Source: Syntrophales bacterium (lineage in GTDB: Bacteria > Desulfobacterota > Syntrophia > Syntrophales > UBA2210). Taken from it: a stretch of 64,000 nucleotides of DNA. This document shows, piece after piece, positions 10,101 to 16,730 of this stretch; positions within the stretch are counted from its first letter, which is position 1; the number at the start of each line of letters is the position of its first letter. The DNA lies in contig CAXXKT010000001.1 of NCBI GenBank assembly GCA_963662405.2, positions 704,001 through 768,000 on the forward strand. Direction: 5' to 3'. The notes beneath the pieces are model-generated. The model was given only the letters and a program-made list of their open reading frames with translations, was not told the origin of the DNA and did no database searches. The translations under genes were made by a program, and so were the position numbers.

Positions 10101-10369
10101 GCACGTCGATCTGGTATACCATGACGGGGGTGGTCTTCGGAACGGCAGAGATCGGCGGTCAGACCGTTCTCTATGTGGAGTTCATCCTCACGGCAGGTCA
10201 GCTGGGAGACGATACCAATGGTCTTCCCATTATCGATCAGGGAGGACCGGGACTGTTTGAACCCAATGCGGTGCCCACCCTATCGGAATGGGGTATGATA
10301 CTGTTCGCCTTGGTGATTGCGGGAACAGCGATTGCGATCATAAGAAAAAGAAGTTCGGTAGAGGGATAA
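4136..10369 (+). CDS. Large Thr-rich surface protein: 18 FN3/Ig-like repeats, choice-of-anchor U-like domain, IPTL-CTERM sorting signal
   Basis: Signal peptide; ~97-aa repeats (TLNGTVN...FEYG.TT.YG...YHYRVVA.N..GT.YG.DMTF.T); DGNGDG..D/YPFGL/YRKFGP/IIDQGGPG domain; C-terminal VPTLSEWG + TM helix + RKR. Confidence 0.85.
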   Translation: MKRPLVSVALVLIFAVSFLAALPVCADVIIHAEGTITLHDSTIDINCGDLTVENGGTLQLTSGTVQECGALIVEGGGSVVQTQGTISYCAPTVTTQEVTAIGTTAATGNGTITALGTSALTAHGVCWNTTGAPTLADSSTDEGGAAAPGAFTSTMTGLSPNTTYYVRAYATNTSGTAYGNEVSFTTAAGVIAPTASTQTASGVGSTTATLNGTVNAHGTDTTVIFEYGTTTAYGTTATADQSPVTGTTDTAASVTLTGLAPGTTYHCRVVATSTEGTTYGGDVTFTTLVAATATTNAASGVGTTTATLNGTVNASGSSTTVTFEYGLTSAYGTTVTADQSPVTGSADTAVSGAITGLTPGTTYHFRVVAANTTGTTCGSDMTFTTLPPPTATTRAATGVGITAATLNGTVNAHGESATVTFQYGTTTAYGTTVTADQSPVSGSANTEVNRALTGLTTGVTYHYRVVATNGGGTAYGTDMTFITAVIPPTATTQAAGSVGTTTATLNGTVNAKGNSTTVNFEYGETTAYGTTVTADQSPITGSADTAVSRLITGLTSGVTYHYRVVAANDGGTTQGADMTFTTPAPPAVTTGAASGLSTSGATLNGTVNANGTSTTVTFQYGLTTAYGSTVTADQSPVNNSTDTAAGATLTGLAADTVYHYRAVGQNTYGTTYGADMTFITSVPAAPTAVTDAATDVEFDSATLNGTVNPNNGVTTVTFEYGLTTAYGSSVSAVPGSLTGTVDTAVSAAIGESDELEPDTTYHFRVVAQNASGTTYGADMTFDTTSAPPLALTVAGLVTGGDSATLNGIVDPQGTVTTVTFEYGTTTAYGTTVTADQSPLTTTLTYSKAVTADISGLANNTTYHFRVVAQNAGGTTYGRDMTFTLGTVGTAPTATTDAATGVDSTTATLNGTVNAGDATTIITFEYGLDTGYGSTAIANPNPLSGTTDTAVSAAVGDLSPNTTYHYRVTAINANGTVSGADMTFTTLPPPPTAITTAATSVGTANAELNGTVNANGASATVTFEYGLTTAYGTTVNAIQDPVNGTADTAVSRAITGLTDGVTYHYRVVATSTSGTTYGADMTFTPGVTPPTATTQAATGVEATTATLNGTVNANGTSTTVTFEYGPTTAYGKTVTATPGTVTGLSDTGVSVSISGLTSNTTYHFRVVGENTGGTAYGVDMTFTTLAPPAVTTGAASGVSTAGATLNGTVNAYGTGTTVTFEYGTTTAYGTTVTADQDPVTGSIDTAVSTAITGLTADTIYHYRAVGTNMYGTTYGTDMTFVTTVGAAPTVTTDAAMPVFNGATLRGTVTANNSSTTVTFQYGTTTAYGTTVTADQSPVTGVNVEVSATITGLAYNQTYHYRVVGTNASGTSNGADMTFTTTLNPSVTVKPATNVLGTSATLNGVANANNSVWSVNFDYSTDLSYDSSVSATPATVDGNSDTPVSADITGLTPNTLYNYRARVYSGAFNYSSSSMTFTTLQGQSVTTDAASSVGGTTATVNGTVNANTYATAVTFEFGLDTGYGKTVNAAQGPVAGSTDTAVSAALTDLIPGTTYHYRATGRSTQGTVSGADMTFTTSAAPPTAVTDAATGVTNTGATLHGTVNARNDATTVTFEYGLTTAYGTTVTADQSPVTGTTNTAVSKSITGLTAETTYHYRVVAQNSSGTTFGADMTFFTGIMPPIATTGQATAIGPDGATLHGTANARNASTTVTFEYGETTGYGRSATASPSPVSGSADTAVSVAIDLLNANTIYHYRVCAVNAAGTTYGTDMTFTTNLAGTPTVTTADVTDISGSTATGGGTVIDEGDTPVITRGVCWKTSSAPTIADSTTSDGTGSGGFTSSLTDLTPLTTYYVRAYATNAAGTAYGEEVQFTTIDGTGVPPAIQDAGPNGGDGNGDGTRDSLQTNVASLPTATGAGYLTVEVSGCDQMEQVATFLYESVGATDPGYTYPFGLVGFEIPYSPVTVRIYYHGAEALDGYFYRKFGPTPSDWSTSIWYTMTGVVFGTAEIGGQTVLYVEFILTAGQLGDDTNGLPIIDQGGPGLFEPNAVPTLSEWGMILFALVIAGTAIAIIRKRSSVEG
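4402..9752 (+). repeat. Intragenic tandem array of 18 diverged ~290-300 bp domain repeats
   Basis: Recurrent ctgaacgggaccgtcaac and tatcattaccgggt motifs. Sixteen type-B units are flanked by two type-A units (GVCW...YYVRAYATN). Confidence 0.9.
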
Positions 10370-10424
10370 GGCAGTCCCTGAGATATACCGGGCCTCTCTT
10401 TTCTTCGCTTTCGTTCGGCAGCCG

Positions 10425-11759
10425 CTACCGATCGAGCCAGATCTTCATCTCCCGCGCCTGTTTCATGAGGTCGTCACGAAACCGGGGATGAGCGATACTG
10501 ATCAGCGCCTCCGCACGCTCCCATGTCGATTTCCCCTTGAGCTGGACAATCCCGTACTCGGTGGCGATGTACTGCACGCAGGATCGAGGAACGGTGACGA
10601 TGGAACCCGGCCGGAGCGTGGGGACGATCCGGGAATGAACGCCCCCGTCTTTGTCCTCGAAGGTCGAACTCAGGCCGATGATCCCCTTGCCGCCCCGCGA
10701 ATTGAAGGCACCGAAGATAAAGTCGAACTGTCCCCCCGTCCCGGAAATCTGGGAGGTCCCGACGGATTCGGAGCAGACCTGACTGAACAGGTCCACCTCG
10801 ATGGCGTTGTTGACGGCCGTCACCTTGCTGTTGAAGGACATCACCCGGGGATCGTTGGTGTAGTTCACCGGGTACGAGGCGCAGGCCGGATTGTGGTGCA
10901 GGAACTCATAGAGCTTGCCGGTCCCCATGGCAAAGGTATAAACCATCTTGAAACGGTCCGCCGTCTTCCGGTTCCCCGTGATCTTCCCGGCCTCGTAGAG
11001 GTCCACCATGGAATCGACCAGCATCTCCGTGTGGATCCCCAGATCCTTCAGGTCGCTCTCCGCAATCATGGCACCGATGACGTTGGGCAGACCGCCGATG
11101 CCGAGTTGGAGGCAGGCCCCGTCTTCGATCTCCGTCATGATGTGCCGGGCGATCAGGGTGTCCGTCTCCGAGGGTTGGGCAGGGGGAATCTCGATCATCG
11201 GGGGATTGTTCCCCTCGATGATATAATCGACCCGCGATACGTGCACCGATTCCTGATTGCCCCCGAGGCAGTGGGGCATGCTCTCGTTGATCTCGACGAT
11301 GACCTTCCTGGCCTTGGTAATGGCCGCCGAGGTGAGGGAGTTGGAGACGCCGTAGTTGAAATATCCCTGCCCGTCCATGGGCCGCGCGCTCACCACCACG
11401 AAATCATACTCCTTGTATTTCCGAATGATCCGGGGTCCCTGGTGATAGGTAAGGGGAATGTAGCTGCACAGACCCTGCCGGTACAGTCTCCTGCTCACCC
11501 CGGAAAAGTGCCAGTCATTGTAAATAAAGTGCCGCCGTTTCGAGTCTGCCTCAATAAAATGAGGAACCTTGGTGAGGCTCACCCCCTCGATTTGGATCTT
11601 CGCCAGCTCGTCGGCACGATCGGCGAGGGCCGCGTCAAACGATTCGGGTCGGAGGACAAATTCGGAAAAGAAGATCCGGTCGCCGGACGTGATCATCCGG
11701 GCCACCGCCTCGGCGGTCCTCAGCTTGTCCCGATACTTGATTCTGTTTAACTGCTCCAT
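10425..11759 (-). CDS. Acetyl-CoA hydrolase/transferase family protein (butyryl-CoA:acetate or 4-hydroxybutyrate CoA-transferase-like)
   Basis: LQLGIGGLP, IHTEM (catalytic Glu), ISGTGGQFDF, TEYG...ERAEALISIAHP. Start placed at the ATG after AGGAG. Confidence 0.9.
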   Translation of the reverse strand: MEQLNRIKYRDKLRTAEAVARMITSGDRIFFSEFVLRPESFDAALADRADELAKIQIEGVSLTKVPHFIEADSKRRHFIYNDWHFSGVSRRLYRQGLCSYIPLTYHQGPRIIRKYKEYDFVVVSARPMDGQGYFNYGVSNSLTSAAITKARKVIVEINESMPHCLGGNQESVHVSRVDYIIEGNNPPMIEIPPAQPSETDTLIARHIMTEIEDGACLQLGIGGLPNVIGAMIAESDLKDLGIHTEMLVDSMVDLYEAGKITGNRKTADRFKMVYTFAMGTGKLYEFLHHNPACASYPVNYTNDPRVMSFNSKVTAVNNAIEVDLFSQVCSESVGTSQISGTGGQFDFIFGAFNSRGGKGIIGLSSTFEDKDGGVHSRIVPTLRPGSIVTVPRSCVQYIATEYGIVQLKGKSTWERAEALISIAHPRFRDDLMKQAREMKIWLDR

Positions 11760-11930
11760 GCACTCACTCCTGCGGATTGATTTCTCGCTCAATACCCCCA
11801 AAAGATCAGGGGACATCTTCACCCCTTCTTGCGGAAAAAAGAAAGGAGAAAACCACATAAAGGGAAAAGACGATTATACGAATCCCGATCGGCTGGAAGG
11901 ACCCGGAGCGGATCTCTTATTTCAGCCGGA

Positions 11931-13202
11931 TCACGGCACGCGCGAAACCCTTGTGTAACTGTAGCAACTCAACGTTTCCTCCTCATAGAAGGGGCCGTTA
12001 TAGGTGGCGATGGCGTCCAGGTAATCATCATAGCTCGTCGGTTCGTCGAACTTTACCGTCTCCAAGGAAAGATTGGTATATGCCCCGGGGCGAAGATCCG
12101 CCAGCGTGTCGGGAAGGTCGGGGAAAATGGCGGCTCCGGCAGTGGCCGGCACCGTTATCGTATAAGCACACGAAACCCTCTGTGGCGACGTTGCACTATA
12201 GTCGATGGTAATCTTTTGCATCGTTGAGCTTGAATCGTTATTCGACCAACTGATAAGCGGCCGACCGGCCATACCCGCGTTGTAAGCAAGATCACCGGGG
12301 ATCAGAGGTGCCTGACCGAAATCAAAGACCTGATTGGAGGAATCTTTCAGATACCGGACCAGGCCGATATCCGCGTCGGCGGTACCGTCACTGTCCTGAT
12401 CAACACTGACGGTGGCAGTGAGCATGTTGTTGTCGGCGAAGCCAGCGGTGGAATAGGTGGCCATCACAGCGGGTAACGGTGCCATCCCCCAGGTAAAATT
12501 GAACGGCAGATTGGTGGGGGCATGTTTCCGGAACAGCGAGGCAAAGGCGTAGTAAGACATGAAGCGCGGCGGAACATTCTCGAAACGATGGGTATGCTGG
12601 ACGAGATCCGTGCGGTCGATGGCGACGTCGATCACACTGCCGTCAACGGCGGGCTGGTCAAGGGCGAACCCATACCCCTCGATGTCACCACCAGCATCGT
12701 ACCCGGTGGCAAAAACTGAAATGGTGCCATCATCCTGTAACTCATGGATATCCATGGTAACATTGGACCCATTGTACGTTATCGGGCCGAGCGTTACTTC
12801 ACGGTCGGTGACACCTGCCACCTCATCGGTGACGTTGATATGTACCTGCCGAGTGTTTTGATCACAGGTTCCCAACGTCAATGTTACGACTGAAACATTG
12901 ACGTCGTAGACGACGTCGACATAAGAGTAGGTCCTGTCTGCGGAAGACGCATGGCAACTGAAGGCGGCGGTTATTGTGGCGTGTGACGGAGCCCCATCGA
13001 AATACGCTTCACCGTCATCACCGGTAGAGGAAAAAGACATCACCTGACCGGTCCGGGTTCCGATAACAACGGTGGCATTCGCTATCCCGTTCCCTTGTCC
13101 ATCGATAACCCTGACGCATATCGGGTTGGCTGCGTGATCGCTTGTGCTGCATGCAGCCATGACCAACAAACAGAGGATAATAAAAATAAACTGTGTTTTC
13201 AT
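11931..13202 (-). CDS. Hypothetical lipoprotein with N-terminal carboxypeptidase-regulatory-like beta domain
   Basis: Lipobox VMAAC after a hydrophobic leader; VRVIDGQGNGIANATV motif; RBS GGAGG. Confidence 0.65.
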   Translation of the reverse strand: MKTQFIFIILCLLVMAACSTSDHAANPICVRVIDGQGNGIANATVVIGTRTGQVMSFSSTGDDGEAYFDGAPSHATITAAFSCHASSADRTYSYVDVVYDVNVSVVTLTLGTCDQNTRQVHINVTDEVAGVTDREVTLGPITYNGSNVTMDIHELQDDGTISVFATGYDAGGDIEGYGFALDQPAVDGSVIDVAIDRTDLVQHTHRFENVPPRFMSYYAFASLFRKHAPTNLPFNFTWGMAPLPAVMATYSTAGFADNNMLTATVSVDQDSDGTADADIGLVRYLKDSSNQVFDFGQAPLIPGDLAYNAGMAGRPLISWSNNDSSSTMQKITIDYSATSPQRVSCAYTITVPATAGAAIFPDLPDTLADLRPGAYTNLSLETVKFDEPTSYDDYLDAIATYNGPFYEEETLSCYSYTRVSRVP

Positions 13203-13492
13203 CGTCATGCCTCCGATTTCCACAAATGCCAGCCTGCTTTGCAGGCGAGAGCACCGTACATTGCTCCAATACCACAGGAGAAGCCGCTTCGGTTACGGAG
13301 ACCGCCGATATTGAGCAGGGCCTTTATTCTATACGATCTTCATGCCTTGCTCCATTAGGCCACGGGTAATCAGGCGCGCCGATATACCCTTCCCAAAAGG
13401 ATCCCACGATTCGATAGGATCGAGCCCTCTTTGTCCGGATAGGTGTCGAGACAGATCACAGAAAAACACCTGCGGTGCGGAGGGATAACCGG

Positions 13493-14239
13493 TCAGTCGC
13501 CTTCCCCGGCAATGATCGCCCTGACCCGGTTGAGTTCTTTCTCGTTGTCCACCTCGACGGAGTCGTGGGGGGTCTCAACGACCTTGATCTTATACCCGTT
13601 CTCCAGCGCTCGAAGCTGTTCAAGGGCCTCAATTCGCTCTAATGTCCCGGTCTCCAGACCCGTGAAGGTCCGCAGGAACGATCGGCGATAACCGTAGATC
13701 CCGTGGTGCTTGTAATAGGAGACCGGTTCCTTCCCGTCACGGTCGTAAGGGATCGTCGCCCGGGAGAAGTAGAGGGCGAAATGGTCCTTATCGAAAGTGA
13801 CCTTGACGGCGTGGGGGTGGCGTATCTCTTCCTCACGCTGGATACGGTAGATAAGGGTAGAAAAATCAAGTGCGGGATCGTCGAGGAGAGGCCGAGCGAC
13901 TTCTTCTATCTGCGCAATGTAAAAAAGGGGTTGATCCCCCTGAATATTGACGATGATGTCTGTTTCGTCCAGGCCGAGACCGCCAACGGCCTCGGCGATC
14001 CGATCGGTCCCGGATCGATGGCGGGGGGAGGTCATGACGGCGTTTCCCCCGAATTCCTTTACCCGCTCGAAGATACGTTCGTCATCCGTGGCAACCGCGA
14101 CATGCGCGATCAGGTCGGCCCCGGCCGCCCGTTCATAGACGTGTTGTATCATCGGTTTACCGCAGATATCCGCCAGGGGTTTTCCTGCAAAACGCGACGA
14201 GCCCCACCGGGCGGGGATGATGCAGACGACCTTCGGCAT
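13493..14239 (-). CDS. kdsB: 3-deoxy-manno-octulosonate cytidylyltransferase (CMP-Kdo synthetase)
   Basis: IPARWGSSRFAGKPL, SGTDR, NIQGDQP, ALYFSR, LEQLRALENG. Confidence 0.95.
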   Translation of the reverse strand: MPKVVCIIPARWGSSRFAGKPLADICGKPMIQHVYERAAGADLIAHVAVATDDERIFERVKEFGGNAVMTSPRHRSGTDRIAEAVGGLGLDETDIIVNIQGDQPLFYIAQIEEVARPLLDDPALDFSTLIYRIQREEEIRHPHAVKVTFDKDHFALYFSRATIPYDRDGKEPVSYYKHHGIYGYRRSFLRTFTGLETGTLERIEALEQLRALENGYKIKVVETPHDSVEVDNEKELNRVRAIIAGEGD

Positions 14240-14243
14240 AATC

Positions 14244-15446
14244 CTACAGGTTTCTCCCCGCCTCCCCGATCGCGTCGATGGTCTTTACCCGTGTTTCTTC
14301 GGGCATCCTGACCGGTATGATCAGGAAGAGTGTCCGGCTCATGATCTGTTCGGCGTGGGGAATGTCCTCCGCGCGGTAATCGACCGTTCCCGTATAGAGC
14401 GGGTTAGTGAAAGGAAACTGTTTTGAATTGGCGGTGGCCCGCGCGATCAGATGTTCCCAGCGCAGGGCGTAGTGCCACGCGTTGTCACGATAATAGATCG
14501 CGCCGACGCCTCTCTCACCGAGAAGCTTCTGGAAGCGTTTCGCGGCCGCCTCGTCCGGGAGGTTGAAACCCAGGAAGGACGCGATATCACCGTCGGGATC
14601 GAAGAGTTTCCTGAAGCCGATCCCGGGGACCGCCCCCAGGGTCTCCTTCAGCGCAGCCTTGTTTTTTCGCTGTTCGCCGATGATGTGATCCAGTTTCCGG
14701 AGTTGAGCCAGACCGACCGCCCCTTGGAACTCATTCATCCGGAAGTTGAAACCGAGGATCGAACGCCCCTCGTCCCCCCGCCCCACGCTGGGATTGTGAT
14801 CGTGGCCGTGGTCGTGGTACCAGTCGGAGCGATCGTAGAGGGCCTTGCTGTTCGTCAGGACCATCCCCCCCTCGCCGGTGGTGATCGTCTTGTAGTAGTC
14901 GAAGCTCAGGATCCCCATGTCGCCGAAGCTCCCCAGTTTCTTCCCTTGGTAGCTCCCGCCGCAGGCTTGGGCGTTGTCCTCGAGTACGATGAGATTGTGC
15001 TTCTTCGCGACCTCGATGATCCGGTCGATCCGCGCCGCTGCGCCGCACATGTGGACGGGGATCACACACTTCGTCCGGGGGGTAATCTTGGCCTCCATGT
15101 CGTCCGGATCGATGTTCAGAGAGTCGTCGATATCGGTCATGATCGGGATCGCTCCTGCCTCCAGGACCGCCTCGTAGGTGGCGATGAAGTCGAATGCCGG
15201 GACAAGAACCTCGTCCCCCGGCCCCACATCGAGGGCGGTCAGGGCAACCTTCAGGGCCGCCGAACCGGAGGTTACGCCCAGGGTGTAGCCGACCCCCAGA
15301 AACTCGGCGAACGCCTTCTCAAATTCCTTGACTTTGAAAACCCCTTTGCGCTCCTCGTCAAAGCCGTAGCGCATGAAGACCCCCGTCTCCAGGATGTCTA
15401 ATACCTCTTGTTTCTCTTCCTTCCCTATCAGTTCACTTCCTGCCAT
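14244..15446 (-). CDS. kdnA: DegT/DnrJ-family PLP aminotransferase, probable Kdo 8-transaminase
   Basis: SFDYYKTITTGEGG PLP-Lys motif plus KdnA-like features (EEKQEV...RY.FD, HMCG, DHGHDH, G.NFR); adjacent to kdsB. Confidence 0.75.
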   Translation of the reverse strand: MAGSELIGKEEKQEVLDILETGVFMRYGFDEERKGVFKVKEFEKAFAEFLGVGYTLGVTSGSAALKVALTALDVGPGDEVLVPAFDFIATYEAVLEAGAIPIMTDIDDSLNIDPDDMEAKITPRTKCVIPVHMCGAAARIDRIIEVAKKHNLIVLEDNAQACGGSYQGKKLGSFGDMGILSFDYYKTITTGEGGMVLTNSKALYDRSDWYHDHGHDHNPSVGRGDEGRSILGFNFRMNEFQGAVGLAQLRKLDHIIGEQRKNKAALKETLGAVPGIGFRKLFDPDGDIASFLGFNLPDEAAAKRFQKLLGERGVGAIYYRDNAWHYALRWEHLIARATANSKQFPFTNPLYTGTVDYRAEDIPHAEQIMSRTLFLIIPVRMPEETRVKTIDAIGEAGRNL

Positions 15447-15461
15447 TCCGTTTCCTCCGGT

Positions 15462-16619
15462 TTAGTATGCGTCGCTGTAGATCTCGATGGCGTCCTGCGG
15501 TGTCACCATGCGCGGGTTGTTCGCCAGGGGCCGGGCCACCGTCATGGCCGTGTCCGCCAGCTTCGGGAAGTCCGCTTCCACGATCCCCAGCGTCTCCAGC
15601 GTCTCGTAGATCCCGCAGTCATCGATCAGATCTTCAACCGCGCCGACGGCCAATCCCGCGGCCTCGTTCAGGGAAAGGCCTTCGGTCGGGGCCCCCATCA
15701 CTTCGGCAATGACGGCAAACTTTTCCAGTGCCCCGGGGAGGTTGAAGTTCATCACCGCCGGGAGGAGGATCGTGTTCGCCAGACCGTGGGGAATCCCGTA
15801 CATCCCCCCCAGCGGGTAGGAGAGGGAGTGGACGGCGGTAACCCCGGCATTCGCCAGCCCCAGGCCAGCATACAAACTTCCCAGGAGCATCTGACCTCGT
15901 GCCTCCAGGTCGGTCCCGTTGTGGACGCAGGTCCGCAGGCTCGATGCGATCAGGTCGATCGCCTCCAGGGAGATCAGCTCGCTCATGGGGCTTGCCGCGA
16001 TCGAGGTGTACGATTCGATGGCGTGACAGAGGGCATCGACTCCCGTGGTTGCCGTTACCGGCGACGGGATGGTCAGGGTCAGCTCAGGATCGAGGAGGGC
16101 AACATTGGGATAGAGGTACGGGCTGTTCATCCCCTCCTTCTTGCTGAGGTCCTTGCGGATGAAGACGGAGGTGAAGGTCACCTCGCTCCCCGTCCCGGCG
16201 GTCGTCGGAACCATGATGGTGGGGAGACCCGGCCCGGGGACATTGTTCAGTCCCAGGAAGTCCTTGGCCGATCCCTTGTTGACGGTGATGGCCGCCACGG
16301 CCTTTGCCACGTCCATGGCGCTTCCCCCGCCGATCCCCACGACGAGGTCGCACTGTTTGGTCGCGGCCGCCTGCGCCCCTTCATCGGCAAGCTCCAGGGG
16401 AGGCTCCCCCTCCACCTTGTCGAAGATGACGATTTCCATGCCGGCCTTTTTCAAGGAGGCAGTCACCCGCTCATGCAACCCCGCGGCCGAGAGGTTGCCG
16501 TCGAGCACGACCAGCGGTTTCGTGCCGCCCAGTTCCTTTATCTGCTCGGCCAACTGTTCGAACGCCCCGTTTCCAAATACAATCTTTCCCGCACCGGTAA
16601 AAGAAAAGGTCTTATTCAT
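15462..16619 (-). CDS. Iron-containing alcohol dehydrogenase family protein, probable KdnB-equivalent Kdo 8-dehydrogenase
   Basis: GGGSAMD, PTTAGTGSEVT, metal ligands DALCH, VHSLS, PHG; 15 nt upstream of kdnA. Confidence 0.8.
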   Translation of the reverse strand: MNKTFSFTGAGKIVFGNGAFEQLAEQIKELGGTKPLVVLDGNLSAAGLHERVTASLKKAGMEIVIFDKVEGEPPLELADEGAQAAATKQCDLVVGIGGGSAMDVAKAVAAITVNKGSAKDFLGLNNVPGPGLPTIMVPTTAGTGSEVTFTSVFIRKDLSKKEGMNSPYLYPNVALLDPELTLTIPSPVTATTGVDALCHAIESYTSIAASPMSELISLEAIDLIASSLRTCVHNGTDLEARGQMLLGSLYAGLGLANAGVTAVHSLSYPLGGMYGIPHGLANTILLPAVMNFNLPGALEKFAVIAEVMGAPTEGLSLNEAAGLAVGAVEDLIDDCGIYETLETLGIVEADFPKLADTAMTVARPLANNPRMVTPQDAIEIYSDAY

Positions 16620-16652
16620 ATCGTATCCTTCCGTATCACGTATTCTTACCCA

Positions 16653-16688
16653 GAAAAACCCATCCGACCAACAAGTCGAATGGGTTTC
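16653..16688 (-). terminator. Intrinsic terminator after the PPDK-like gene
   Basis: Minus strand AAACCCATTCGAC-TTGTTG-GTCGGATGGGTTT, a 13-bp stem ending in a T run. Confidence 0.6.
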
Positions 16689-16730
16689 CTTATACCACGC
16701 TCTTTTTCCGTTTCCTATTACAATTTATGG

